DNA of 64,000 nt, from NCBI GenBank assembly GCA_023229525.1, contig JALNZC010000019.1, forward strand, positions 4,914 to 68,913, written 5' to 3'. The position numbers and the translations under genes were made by a program. The notes beneath the pieces were generated by a model. The model saw only the letters and a program-made list of their open reading frames with translations, was not told the origin of the DNA and searched no databases. Origin of the DNA: Bacteroidales bacterium. GTDB taxonomy: Bacteria; Bacteroidota; Bacteroidia; Bacteroidales; FEN-979. Each line of letters opens with the position of its first letter. Position 1 is the first letter of the stretch. This document shows positions 10,150 to 20,552 of this stretch, one piece after another.

Positions 10150-12281
10150 ATGGCGGATGACAAATTTTCTGTGACAATTATTGAAGGCGACAGTAAGCAC
10201 CGGTTTCTTCTCAAATCTCAACTTCACGCTGCTGCGGGAATCAAGGCACTTGCATCATTAAGATCAACAGAAGAAGCATTTCTGAAGATCTCGCGGCACG
10301 TTCTTATTGTCATCACTCAGTTACTGCTTATACTTGTTTTTACAACCCATTCCATTGCACAGGAAACTATCTCCTACCTGAAAATGAATCCTGATGACCT
10401 GAAAATGATGCGTTGTCCAACAGATACGGCGGCTTCAGCCATGATACTCAATGATATCGGGTCAACAAAATTTGAATATGATCCGGAGAATGGTTTTTTT
10501 ATGTTGTTTGAAAGACTGGTGCGAATTAAGATTTTTAAAAAAGAAGGGTACAGTTATGCAGACTGGTCCATTCCGCTTTACCAAAATCCAAACAATAAAG
10601 AGAAAATTCAATTTTCAAGGCAAAGACCTATAATCTGGAGAATGACAAAGTAGTGGAGGTTAAAGTAAAGGATGAATCTGTATTTTGGGAGGAGGAAGAC
10701 AGTTATAAGCGGAATTACCGGTTTACCTTCCCGGCAGTAAAAGAGGGATCTGTTATTGAACTCAAATACATAATCAAGTCAGAGTTTTTTCGTTATCTAC
10801 GCGATTGGACGTTCCAGAAATCCATTCCGGTCCGGTGGAGCGAATACAAAGTGATGATCCCTGAATTTTATCAGTATAATACTCAGTTTTATGGCACGGT
10901 TCCCTTCTTCATCAATAAAGCTTCCACAAGTTCCAGTTCCATTACCGACAGGCAGGGCAATTATTCGTCATTATATTATGACGACAATGTTCTTCACCTT
11001 GCCGCAAGGGATGTACCTGCCATCGTGGAGGAACCTTATGTCAATTCGATAGAAAATTATACAAGCAAGGCCAAATTCACCCTTCGCTCCTATAAATTTC
11101 CCCATCAGGAAATGGTTCCGGTGAACACTACCTGGGCCCAGGTTGGGGCTGATATGCTGAAAGATGATGACTTTGGCATCCAGTTAAAAAAAGGAGGGGC
11201 TACTGATGATCTTGCCGCAGTCATCAATACCGCAACCCAAGCGCCTTTTGAGAAAATGCTGATGGGATTCGACCGGATAAGGAATTCTTTGAAATGGAAT
11301 GGTAATTATTCGAAATATACTTCTAATAAACTGACGAAAACCTGGGTTGATAAGACAGGTAATTCAGCTGATATCAATCTGCTGCTGATCACCTTGATGC
11401 GTGAACTTGGATTGACGGCTAATCCTGTATTGCTCAGCACACGGGATCATGGTATATTATCGGAATACAGTACCTCCCTGGCTGCGATGAATCATGTCAT
11501 CTGCTCTGTGACCATTGATAATAAAGAATACCTTCTGGATGCCACACAACGCTGGCTTCCTTACAATATGCTGCCATTTCAGTGTCTCAACGGTATAGGA
11601 TTGGTGGTCATGCCGGAAAATGTCCGGTGGGTTGATCTGCTGACGAATGAGAAGAACAATGTCTTCTACCAGGCAAATCTGAAAATTGATACAACGGGTG
11701 AGATCTCCGGTACAATGCAGTTTTCTGCCTTGGGATATCCGGCCCGCAATATACGCGCAGCATGCAGTGGGGCAGGAAAGGAAGAGTATATCGGAAACCT
11801 TAAAAAAAATCTGAAAAGCTGGGAAGTGGAAGATATCATGTTTGAGAACCTTGACAGTTTAAACAAACCACTTTTAACTGGATATAAAATAAAGAGCACA
11901 GATATCTCACAGGTGGCGGGGAATCTGATATATATGAATATCCTTGCAAATCTAAACCAGTTCGACTACTCCTTTCCACAAGAGAAACGGTTCCTGCCGA
12001 TCGATTTTGGTTGCCCCTTCAAAGAATCCTATATTTTCACATTCGAAATCCCCGGGGGATATACCGTTGAATCCTATCCTCAGAATGTCCGCCTGGCTCT
12101 TCCCGATCAGGGCGGTTCGTACAAATTAATGACCACAGTTGAAGGAGGGAAGATCATTGTCAACGTCCAGATATCAATCACGAAAGCCAATTTTTATGTG
12201 GGAGAATATCTTCCCCTTCGTGAGTTCTTCGCGCAGGTAATTGCAAAACAGTCCCAACAAATTGTTTTCAAAAAAATATGA
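10150..12281 (+). pseudogene. DUF3857/transglutaminase-like/DUF3858 protein split by a 1-nt frameshift (pseudogene or assembly error)
   Basis: ORFs 10150-10653 and 10653-12281 join as ...KEKIQF-FKAKTYNLENDKVVEVK if one T is added at 10612-10615; motifs FTFPAVKEGSVIE, KTGNSADINLLL, NHVI, LLDAT. Confidence 0.75.
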
Positions 12282-14185
12282 CCATGCGACAGTTTCAATT
12301 GATATTCCTGGTTCCTATGCTTCTTTTGAACCAATTGGCAACAGGTCAGGAATTCCATTACCCGGTTTCCACAATTGATACTTCACTTTTAAGGGATGCC
12401 TCTGCTGTTATCCGGTGCAATGAATGGGTCATTGACATCAGTTCTTTATATACAGAGACTATTACAATGCATACGGTTTTGACAATCCTGAAAGGTCAAG
12501 CTGCGGAAATGGCAATTGCTGCTATTCCTTACAATAATTGGTCGGATGTTGACCGTTTTGAAGGTTTTGTTTATGATGCGGATGGAAGACTGATAAAAAA
12601 ACTGGGGAAGAAAGATATCATCGACAAAAGCGCCATAGACGATGAACTTCTTTATTCGGATCAACGCATTAAAGTAATCGATCCGCTGATTGCTGTATAT
12701 CCGTTTACCGTAGAATATTTTATCAAACAATCTTTTCACCGCATGCTACATTATCCCACCTGGCAGGTACAAGACTCGTATCACACCTCAGTGGAATCAG
12801 CCAGGTTGGAGATCCGCACGGATGAAGGCATCTTTCCCCGATACAAGGAAATGCGGATACAAGGCAATGCCATTATTTCGGTCGACGGGAAACAGTTCAA
12901 GTCATGGGAAATGAATAAACTGCCAGCCATCGTTGATGAACCCCTATGCCCTCCCATTACAGAACTTTCCCCGGTAATATATCTTGAACCCAATACATAT
13001 GAGGTAAACGATTATTCTGGCAATTTCAGTTCCTGGAAAGCGGTTGGCGAATGGGAGGCCTCCCTGAACCAAGCGCGGGATACCCTGAACACTTCGATCC
13101 ATGCAAAGGTGAATGCACTGATTGACGGAGTTACAGATAAAACCGAAAAGGTAAAACGCATTTACAAGTTCATGCAGTCAACCTGCCGGTACGTATGTGT
13201 AACTGTCGGCATTAGCGGGATTCAGTCTGAAACAGCCGAGAATGTTGCCCGTCTTGGGTATGGCGATTGCAAAGGCCTGGTCAATTATACCTCGGCTTTG
13301 CTGAAAGCGGCAGGCATTCCTTCCTATTATACCCTGGTAAGGGCAGGGAAAAATGCTGAAGAAGTTCAAGAGGATTTCCCAAGTGATCGGTTCAACCATA
13401 TCATCCTTTGTGTTCCCATGATAAACGATACGGTATGGCTTGAGTGCACCAATATGAAAATGCCCTTTGGGTTCCTTGGTGATTTTACCGATAACCGGTA
13501 TGTACTTATCGTAACACCGCAAGGAGGAGCGCTGACACGTACGCCTGTTTATCCTAAAGAACAGAATACCAGTTCCAGAGTAACTCATTTGATCCTCAAT
13601 GAAACAGGTAATGCAACTGTTAAAATTCGAAGTATTTACAGGGGGTTGCAGGTTGAAGGGAAATTGGAGCTACCATTCCTCAGCCCGGATGAACAGAAAA
13701 AAGCGTTGCTTCGCCATTATGATGTTCCCGGTGTAGTCTTCAATTCAATGTCATTCACCGTTTCTGGTGACCGTATCCCGGTAATAGAGGAAAAAGTGAC
13801 TGCTGATATTCCCAGATTCTCCACGGTAAGCGGAACCCGGATGTTCATCTCTATGAACCGCTTCCTCGATACACCCGGAAAAGGTAAACGGGATGATCAT
13901 CGTAAATATGATTTTATTATCTCCCGTCCCTTTATTGATACTGATACAGTTATCGTTGAAATACCTTCAGGTTACAAGATTGAAAACATACCTTTGCCGG
14001 CAGAACTGAAAACTCCGTTTGGGCGATTGAAATCTGAGGTGAAAACCGATAGACAAACCCTTACACTTTACCGTTATTCTGTCCTGGAAAAGGGACGGTA
14101 TCCCGCCAATCAATACAATGATTTTGTAGAATTCATGCACCAGGTAACTAAACAGGATGAAAGGAAGGTAGTAATCGTAAAATAA
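12278..14185 (+). CDS. DUF3857 domain transglutaminase-like protein
   Basis: Signal peptide; YGDCKG, FNHIILCV and WLECT catalytic-triad motifs; ATGA overlap with the previous gene. Confidence 0.88.
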   Translation: MTMRQFQLIFLVPMLLLNQLATGQEFHYPVSTIDTSLLRDASAVIRCNEWVIDISSLYTETITMHTVLTILKGQAAEMAIAAIPYNNWSDVDRFEGFVYDADGRLIKKLGKKDIIDKSAIDDELLYSDQRIKVIDPLIAVYPFTVEYFIKQSFHRMLHYPTWQVQDSYHTSVESARLEIRTDEGIFPRYKEMRIQGNAIISVDGKQFKSWEMNKLPAIVDEPLCPPITELSPVIYLEPNTYEVNDYSGNFSSWKAVGEWEASLNQARDTLNTSIHAKVNALIDGVTDKTEKVKRIYKFMQSTCRYVCVTVGISGIQSETAENVARLGYGDCKGLVNYTSALLKAAGIPSYYTLVRAGKNAEEVQEDFPSDRFNHIILCVPMINDTVWLECTNMKMPFGFLGDFTDNRYVLIVTPQGGALTRTPVYPKEQNTSSRVTHLILNETGNATVKIRSIYRGLQVEGKLELPFLSPDEQKKALLRHYDVPGVVFNSMSFTVSGDRIPVIEEKVTADIPRFSTVSGTRMFISMNRFLDTPGKGKRDDHRKYDFIISRPFIDTDTVIVEIPSGYKIENIPLPAELKTPFGRLKSEVKTDRQTLTLYRYSVLEKGRYPANQYNDFVEFMHQVTKQDERKVVIVK

Positions 14186-14234
14186 CCTTTTGAAAAGAAG
14201 AGAATTGTGACCGTTAACAATAGTTCACGGTTTT

Positions 14235-15068
14235 CTAAAACTCGTCCGGCAATCTTTTCAATTGCTCATTGGTAAATACTGGACCATCTTTACAAACATA
14301 GGTCGATCCGATGTTGCACCGGCCGCATTTTCCCAGGCCACATTGCATTCTCATTTCCAGGGTAGTGATGATATCCTTGTCGGCAAATCCGAGCTTTAAC
14401 AGCGACTGGATGGTATATTTGATCATAATGGGAGGTCCGCAGGTGATCACTTTGGTGTTTTCGATCACCGGTTTAACCACCTCTTCAAGGATCTTGGGGA
14501 CAACGCCCACGTTGGTTGTCCATGTCTCTTCAGGCTTATCAATGGTAAGAATTACTTTCAGGGTCTTATTGTCCTGCCACTCTTTGATCTCCTCCTTATA
14601 GCACATGTCCGCTGATGTACGGGCACCATAAAGAATGGTGAAATCCTTGTAATCATTGCGGTTGTCGATGCAATACTGGATCAATGAACGCAACGGGGCC
14701 AGACCGATACCGCCACCCACGAACAACAGATTCTTCCCTTTGATATCTTCGAGCGGGAACCAGTTTCCATAAGGACCACGGATACCCACTTCATCGCCTT
14801 CTTCAAGACCGGAATGGATGTCGGCCGTGACGATCCCCGCACGTTTGACGGAGCAATCGAAATAACCCTTACGGGTCACTGAAGAGGCGATACAAAACGT
14901 GCATTCTCCGGAGCCGAGCAAGGAAAATTCCACAAACTGACCGGGCATCCATTTGAATTTCTCTGTCAATCCCTCTTCTTTGAACTTCAACCGGTAGGTG
15001 CGTATATCGGGTGTTTCCTGGATTACCTTGTCGATCTTGCAGATCATCGGTACGAGCAGCTGTTCCAT
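14235..15068 (-). CDS. flxA: FAD/NAD(P)-binding oxidoreductase with [2Fe-2S], FlxA/AsrB-like
   Basis: PGQFV, GPYGN, GGGIGLAP, CGPPIM, CGLGKCGRC..VCKDGPVF. ATG 15068 preferred over TTG 15122, which lies inside a repeat. Confidence 0.8.
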   Translation of the reverse strand: MEQLLVPMICKIDKVIQETPDIRTYRLKFKEEGLTEKFKWMPGQFVEFSLLGSGECTFCIASSVTRKGYFDCSVKRAGIVTADIHSGLEEGDEVGIRGPYGNWFPLEDIKGKNLLFVGGGIGLAPLRSLIQYCIDNRNDYKDFTILYGARTSADMCYKEEIKEWQDNKTLKVILTIDKPEETWTTNVGVVPKILEEVVKPVIENTKVITCGPPIMIKYTIQSLLKLGFADKDIITTLEMRMQCGLGKCGRCNIGSTYVCKDGPVFTNEQLKRLPDEF

Positions 15069-15108
15069 CTCCTTATATATTGAATAACTTTCTTCTTTGT
15101 ATTTTTTT

Positions 15109-15218
15109 AATTCAAAACTCAAAATGACAACTTAAAATTCAATACCTGGTGTAAATCTGGCAGGATAAAAGTTTTAATTTTTGAATTGTAGTTTTGACCT
15201 TTGAGTTTTGAGTTTTAA
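15109..15218. repeat. Imperfect inverted repeat built from heptamers (TTTTGAR-like)
   Basis: Left arm aattcaaaactcaaaatgacaacttaaaattcaa (15109-15142) pairs with ttgaattgtagttttgacctttgagttttgagtt (15181-15214). Confidence 0.6.
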
Positions 15219-15219
15219 A

Positions 15220-16272
15220 CTAAACTACCTCATTGCTAGCAACCTGGTTCACCACCTCAAAAATGCTGATATTCACCGGGCACGAGACAGCACACTTCCC
15301 ACAACCCACACAAAGATTTTCGCCAAAGCGTTCTTTATAGTAAACGAATTTGTGCAGGGCGCGTTGCCTCCACCGGCGATACTTGACCGGGCGCGGGTTA
15401 TGGCCGCCTGCCATCAGGGTGAAATAACCGTTATTGCAGGAGTCATAGCTTTTATAACGGACACCGGTATCTTTTACCCGCTCATCAGAGATCTTAAAGC
15501 AATGGCATGTCGGACAAACAAAAGCACAGGTGTTACAACTGATACAGTTGGCTGAAACGTCTTCAAATTCCGGGGAATCGAAGATTTTCGAGAGTTTTTC
15601 ATTGATCTCTTTGTAATTCATCTTCAGCCGGAAGGAAGCTGCGAAAGCCTGGTACTGTTTTTTCAGCTCCTCATCAGATACAGGATGCAAGATGCAGGAT
15701 GCAGGATCAAGATTTTCTTTTAGGAAAGCATCCCCTTTTTCAGTTCTTGCCGTAATGTGGACCTTTCCCTCGGTTCCGTTCACGATCAGCACATCCATGG
15801 CGTCAAGATTTTCCACGTCATAGTCGAGCGAGGTGCAGAAGCAGTGGGTTTCCGCTTTATCGCAACGGGTGGAAATAACCACTGTGTTCTGACGCCGTTT
15901 CTGATAGTCATTGTCGATGTAATCCCAGTTATACACCTTATCGAGAACCTGCAAACTGCGGGCATCGCAATGTTTCATCCCTAGGATCACGCGTTTGGCG
16001 GTAAACGGGTCTTCGTCGGTCTCCTTTACTCGGGTTCCTGTACTGTCGGCTGTATATTTCATGATCTTGGCCGAACGCGGAAAAAAAAGCGGTTTGGCGC
16101 TCCTGGTCGTTGCGATGGGGGAATCGGGATCACATTCACCAAGGCTTGAAACCCGTTTGAAATCAAACTTTCCGAATTTCTCAACCGGGGCCCAGGTTTC
16201 ATTTCTGGCAATAATGGCTTCGTAGAATTTCTGCAAGCCAGCTTTATCGGTAACAAATATTTCAACGTTCAT
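15220..16272 (-). CDS. flxB: 4Fe-4S dicluster protein, FlxB/AsrA-like
   Basis: CFCTS, CISCNTCAFVCPTCHCF, CVGCGKCAVSCP, GGHNPR; position in the hdr-flx cluster. Confidence 0.8.
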   Translation of the reverse strand: MNVEIFVTDKAGLQKFYEAIIARNETWAPVEKFGKFDFKRVSSLGECDPDSPIATTRSAKPLFFPRSAKIMKYTADSTGTRVKETDEDPFTAKRVILGMKHCDARSLQVLDKVYNWDYIDNDYQKRRQNTVVISTRCDKAETHCFCTSLDYDVENLDAMDVLIVNGTEGKVHITARTEKGDAFLKENLDPASCILHPVSDEELKKQYQAFAASFRLKMNYKEINEKLSKIFDSPEFEDVSANCISCNTCAFVCPTCHCFKISDERVKDTGVRYKSYDSCNNGYFTLMAGGHNPRPVKYRRWRQRALHKFVYYKERFGENLCVGCGKCAVSCPVNISIFEVVNQVASNEVV

Positions 16273-16287
16273 AACAGAAAGTTCGGA

Positions 16288-17139
16288 TTACATTATAAAA
16301 TCATCTGGATCCTGCATGCTGTATTTATAAAAGGCGCCACGGTCACCCTCATGCACGCCAGCAAGATGTTCCTGGAAATTTTCGTAGATAACGCGTTCGT
16401 TCCACTTGTGCAACAGGTGCAGCGGTAAATGGCTTGGGCAGGCTTTCTCGCAATTACGGCAATCAACACAACGGCCGGCCAGATGCAGTGACCACGTCAT
16501 CAGGGCATGGAAGGCGCCCGAAGTGGTATTGGCCCCGTTATATAATGTCGCTGTCTCCTGGTCAATACAGCATTTGGCACAGTAGCACAACGGACATGAG
16601 TGACGACAAGCATTACAACGGATACAGTTCTCAAATACCTCCTCGAAATAGACGCGGCGGTCAACAAGTCCTTTTGAAGCCAGTTCGTCAATATCGGCAT
16701 TCACTTTATATTTGCGGACTTCGTGAGGCGTTCCGAGCATTTCGTCGGCCACAATGGCATCGGGGAACACGCACTCCATGCAATTCTGCATTTTGTTGCC
16801 CTGTTCGTCCACCACTCCTTCGCAGGCGATGCCCACCACGTAAAGCTTGTCGCGCTTTACCTGGCTTTCGGTCAGCAGAAGGTTCAAAGACCGGCTATCG
16901 CATCCCTTCACGACCAATCCTACCCGTTTATTACGTGTATGCTCGTATTTCAGGTAATTGACCAGGTTAAAGACCGACCTGTCATTGAAAACCAGTTGGG
17001 ATACATCCTTCTGGTCTCTGATCAGCACCGGGACTTGGTTCTCATCGAAACCCGTAAGCCGGTAACCGACGAAAACGTCGATCTTTCCTTCAGCAAAGAG
17101 CTTCGAAGCGATCTCCTGGATTTGTTTTGTGTAGTCCAT
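16288..17139 (-). CDS. flxC: 4Fe-4S dicluster protein, FlxC-like
   Basis: KGCDSRS, CIRCNACRHSCPLCYC, HLAGRCVDCRNCEKACP. Confidence 0.75.
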   Translation of the reverse strand: MDYTKQIQEIASKLFAEGKIDVFVGYRLTGFDENQVPVLIRDQKDVSQLVFNDRSVFNLVNYLKYEHTRNKRVGLVVKGCDSRSLNLLLTESQVKRDKLYVVGIACEGVVDEQGNKMQNCMECVFPDAIVADEMLGTPHEVRKYKVNADIDELASKGLVDRRVYFEEVFENCIRCNACRHSCPLCYCAKCCIDQETATLYNGANTTSGAFHALMTWSLHLAGRCVDCRNCEKACPSHLPLHLLHKWNERVIYENFQEHLAGVHEGDRGAFYKYSMQDPDDFIM

Positions 17140-17624
17140 TATTTCTCGAAGTTTTCTTTTTTATACAAATGAAGCGGGCCGAGTTTTTTGATATCCTCGG
17201 TCACCTTGGCCACCACCTTGGCGAACTTAGGTCCTTCGGCTGCCGAAACCCACGAAAACTGAATACGGTCCTCATGAAAACCGACAAAATTCAGCAGCTT
17301 CTTGGTGACCAGAAACCTCCGGCGGGCATAATAATTTCCGCTGATGTAATGACAGTCGCCGGGATGGCATCCCGAAACGAGGACTCCGTCGGCTGTGGTC
17401 TGCAACGATTTGATCAGGAACCAAGGATCCACGCGGGATGAACAGGGTACACGGATAATCCGGATATTGGGGGGATATTGGATGCGTGAAGTCCCGGTAA
17501 GATCGGAACCGGCGTAAGAGCACCAGTTGCAGAGAATCCCTATGATCACAGGCTCCCAATTGGGCGGAGCCACAATTTCGGGCTTTTCAATGCTTACAAG
17601 TTGGTTATTTGCTACTGCTTCCAT
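17139..17624 (-). CDS. mvhD: MvhD/FlxD [2Fe-2S] subunit
   Basis: CNWCSYAGSDLTG, RVPCSSRVDP, GCHPGDCHY, WVSAAEG. Confidence 0.92.
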   Translation of the reverse strand: MEAVANNQLVSIEKPEIVAPPNWEPVIIGILCNWCSYAGSDLTGTSRIQYPPNIRIIRVPCSSRVDPWFLIKSLQTTADGVLVSGCHPGDCHYISGNYYARRRFLVTKKLLNFVGFHEDRIQFSWVSAAEGPKFAKVVAKVTEDIKKLGPLHLYKKENFEK

Positions 17625-19597
17625 CAGATTGAAACTATCTCGTTAATGATTTGAAGATCTGTAAAACCGGCCAGGCTAATGGCCATGCTGCGGCAAACCG
17701 CCACACAGGAGCCACATCCCTGGCAAACCCCTTCATTGATCTTGGCTACGGTACGCATCTCTTTCGAGCCATGGCCCATCGGAACTTCTTCGGTCACAAT
17801 GGCTCCGTAAGGACAAACCTTGACGCAATTCTGGCAGCCCGTACAATATTCGTTGTTTACGGTGGAGATCATCGGATCTTTCTTCATGGTATCCCCGGAA
17901 AAGATTCCGCAAACTTTTGCGGCACAGGCTGATGCCTGGGCGACAGTGTCGGGAATATCCTTTGGTGCCTGAGTACAACCGGCAAGAAAGATCCCGGCTT
18001 TGGCTGTCTCTACCGGACGAAGTTTCGGGTGGGCTTCCGACATATATCCGTATTTGTCGTAGGAAACGCCCAGTAAACGGGCGAGATCGGGGTTGTCCTT
18101 GGGGGGGATTACAGCGGTCGCAAGGACCACGAGGTCGGCTACCACTTCCACTACCTGGCCGATCTGGGCATCTTCACCACGCACGATCAGTTTGTCTCCT
18201 TTTTTGTAAATCTTTGATACGCGACCGCGCAGATATGTTGCAGCAGTATCAACCTGCGCTTTCTTCACAAATTCCTCATAGCCTTTTCCCGCTGCCCGGA
18301 TATCCATATAGAAGACGTATGCGTGTGAATCGTGCACTTTGTGATGCAGGAGGATGGTGTGTTTGGTGGTGTACATGCAGCATATCTTCGAGCAGTATTC
18401 GATCCCTTTGGCTTCATCGCGGGAACCGATACATTTTATGAAGACCACATTCTTGGGAACTTTTCCATCGGAAGGACGCACCGGGACTCCATTTGTCGGG
18501 CCATTAGCCGATACCATCCGTTCAAATTCGAGGGAAGTGATGATGTCTTTGAACCGCCCTACTCCATATTCTTCATACGGTTTCGGATCCCAAAGGTCGT
18601 AACCGGTTGCGACCACCACGGCGCCGATTTCGCGTTCGATGATCTCATCCTGCATCTTGTAGTCGATGGAGCCTTTTTCGCACACCTTGGCACATATCCC
18701 GCATTTACCTTTGGTAAGCATCGTACAATGCGCAGCGTCAATGACGGGTTTATTGGGAACCGCCTGCGGGAAGGGGGTATAGATCGCCTTCCGTTTGTCG
18801 ATACCCATATTGTATTCGTTGGGGACTTTTACGGGGCACTTCTGCCAGCAGGTGCCGCATCCGGTACAGGTCTTGAAATTCACATAGGAAGCTTTCTTCC
18901 TGATCTTTGCTTTATAATTTCCTACAAAACCTTCGAGTTCGAGGACTTCGGCATAGGGAATGAGTTCAATGTAAGGATGAGAGGCGACATCCACCATTTT
19001 TGGTGTAAGGATGCACTGGGAACAATCGAGGGTCGGGAAAGTTTCGTCGAGCTGTGCCATCTTCCCTCCGATGGATGGACTTTTCTCCACCAGTACCACG
19101 GGTATCCGGGCATCGGCAATATCCAAAGCCGCCTGGATGCCTGCGATCCCGCCACCGATTACCAGGGCACGTTTGGTGACCGGGACCGAAATCTCATGCA
19201 ATTGCTCGTTGGCAATTGATTTTGCCACTGCCATCCGGACAAGATCGGACGCTTTCTCGGTGGCTGCTTTTTTATCCTTCTGGTGAACCCACGATGAATG
19301 TTCGCGGATGTTGGCCACCTCCAGGAGGTAAGGATTCATCCCTGCGTCGGAAAGGGCTTTCCTGAAAGTTTTCTCATGCATCCTGGGCGAGCATGCGGCA
19401 ACCACAATGGAGGTGAGCCGGTACTGGGTGATGGCATCCCGGATCTGTTGCTGACCGGGATCGGAACACATATATTTGTAATCGATGGCGAATTTCACCT
19501 CACGGATCCGCTTGGCTTCTTCAACCACTTTGGGGACATCAACGAAATCGGCAATATTGGCGCCGCAAAAACAAACGAAAACACCTACTCGGGCCAT
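17624..19597 (-). CDS. hdrA: Heterodisulfide reductase subunit A (bifurcating flavoprotein)
   Basis: GVFVCFCGANI, ACSPRMHE, NIREH, GGGIAG, TFPTLDC, CIGSRD, YCSKICCMY and ferredoxin motifs. Confidence 0.96.
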   Translation of the reverse strand: MARVGVFVCFCGANIADFVDVPKVVEEAKRIREVKFAIDYKYMCSDPGQQQIRDAITQYRLTSIVVAACSPRMHEKTFRKALSDAGMNPYLLEVANIREHSSWVHQKDKKAATEKASDLVRMAVAKSIANEQLHEISVPVTKRALVIGGGIAGIQAALDIADARIPVVLVEKSPSIGGKMAQLDETFPTLDCSQCILTPKMVDVASHPYIELIPYAEVLELEGFVGNYKAKIRKKASYVNFKTCTGCGTCWQKCPVKVPNEYNMGIDKRKAIYTPFPQAVPNKPVIDAAHCTMLTKGKCGICAKVCEKGSIDYKMQDEIIEREIGAVVVATGYDLWDPKPYEEYGVGRFKDIITSLEFERMVSANGPTNGVPVRPSDGKVPKNVVFIKCIGSRDEAKGIEYCSKICCMYTTKHTILLHHKVHDSHAYVFYMDIRAAGKGYEEFVKKAQVDTAATYLRGRVSKIYKKGDKLIVRGEDAQIGQVVEVVADLVVLATAVIPPKDNPDLARLLGVSYDKYGYMSEAHPKLRPVETAKAGIFLAGCTQAPKDIPDTVAQASACAAKVCGIFSGDTMKKDPMISTVNNEYCTGCQNCVKVCPYGAIVTEEVPMGHGSKEMRTVAKINEGVCQGCGSCVAVCRSMAISLAGFTDLQIINEIVSI

Positions 19598-20541
19598 TAT
19601 TCAACCTCACTTTCTGCTTCAACAGCTTTTCTGGGTTTTTTAACTTTTTCTGGTTCCGGTTCAATCTTCCCGATGTTGGCCAGGGCACCTTCAACGGGAA
19701 CAATATGCTTATTGAACATCATATCTTTCTGCGACATACCGAAGGCGAGTGCCATCAACTGCGTAAAATAGAAGATGGGAAGGTTAATTTTTTTCCCGGT
19801 ATGCTTTTCAATATCAGGTTGCCGCATGTCGAGGTTCGACTGGCAAAGCGGGCAAGCCACTACGATGGCGTGGGCCCCGCTCTCCCTGGCCATTTCCAGA
19901 ATCTGGCTGCTGAGGTTGATCACCACTTCGGTATCGGAAATAGAAAAGGAGGCGCCGCAGCATTCGGTCTTGTAGTCAAATTCGGTAGCTTTTGCGCCAA
20001 GTGCCTCCACGATATGGTCCATTGACATAGGATATTCGGGAGAATCAAAATGGGTGATGTTCTTCGGCCGGGTAAGCAGGCAGCCATAATAGCAGGCCAG
20101 CTTCATCCCTGCAAGGGATTTTGTTACTTTTGACTTGATGGCTTCCAGTCCGATATCTTCGTAACAATATTGGAGCATAGATTTCACGGCCACCTTTCCT
20201 TTATAGGTTCCCTCGTCAATTACTGTGGAATTGATCTTTCTTGCCAGTTCCGGGTTATCATCCATGTGGACCTTGGTCACCTTCAGACGTTGGTAACAGG
20301 AGGCACACGGAATAGCCATGGTGGCATTGTCAAGTTTCTCTGCCAGGACCAGATTACGTAAGGGAAGTGCATATGCTAACGTTTCGCTCAGGGAATGGGC
20401 GGAAGTGGCGCCACAACAGTTCCAATCGGGTATTTCCTCCATCTGCACATCCAGGCTCTTCATGACCATTTTTACGGTCATATCGAATTCCTCACTGGTG
20501 CCATGCGCGGAACAACCCGGGAAATAGGTTACTTTCTTCAT
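19597..20541 (-). CDS. hdrB: Heterodisulfide reductase subunit B
   Basis: YFPGCS, DWNCCGA, YYGCLLTRP, ECCGAS, ACPLCQSNLD (two CCG domains). Confidence 0.95.
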   Translation of the reverse strand: MKKVTYFPGCSAHGTSEEFDMTVKMVMKSLDVQMEEIPDWNCCGATSAHSLSETLAYALPLRNLVLAEKLDNATMAIPCASCYQRLKVTKVHMDDNPELARKINSTVIDEGTYKGKVAVKSMLQYCYEDIGLEAIKSKVTKSLAGMKLACYYGCLLTRPKNITHFDSPEYPMSMDHIVEALGAKATEFDYKTECCGASFSISDTEVVINLSSQILEMARESGAHAIVVACPLCQSNLDMRQPDIEKHTGKKINLPIFYFTQLMALAFGMSQKDMMFNKHIVPVEGALANIGKIEPEPEKVKKPRKAVEAESEVE

Positions 20542-20552
20542 TTCGGGATGGA

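Noticed and set aside
14235-16272. Anaerobic sulfite reductase asrAB or sulfhydrogenase
   Set aside because: No asrC or hydrogenase subunits; the order after hdrCBA-mvhD fits flxCBA.
18332-19219. Long antisense and overlapping ORFs (e.g. 295 aa opposite hdrA)
   Set aside because: Shadow frames of well-supported genes with no recognisable motifs.
17139-19597. Selenocysteine recoding in HdrA or MvhD
   Set aside because: Both frames are open, with Cys at the relevant positions.
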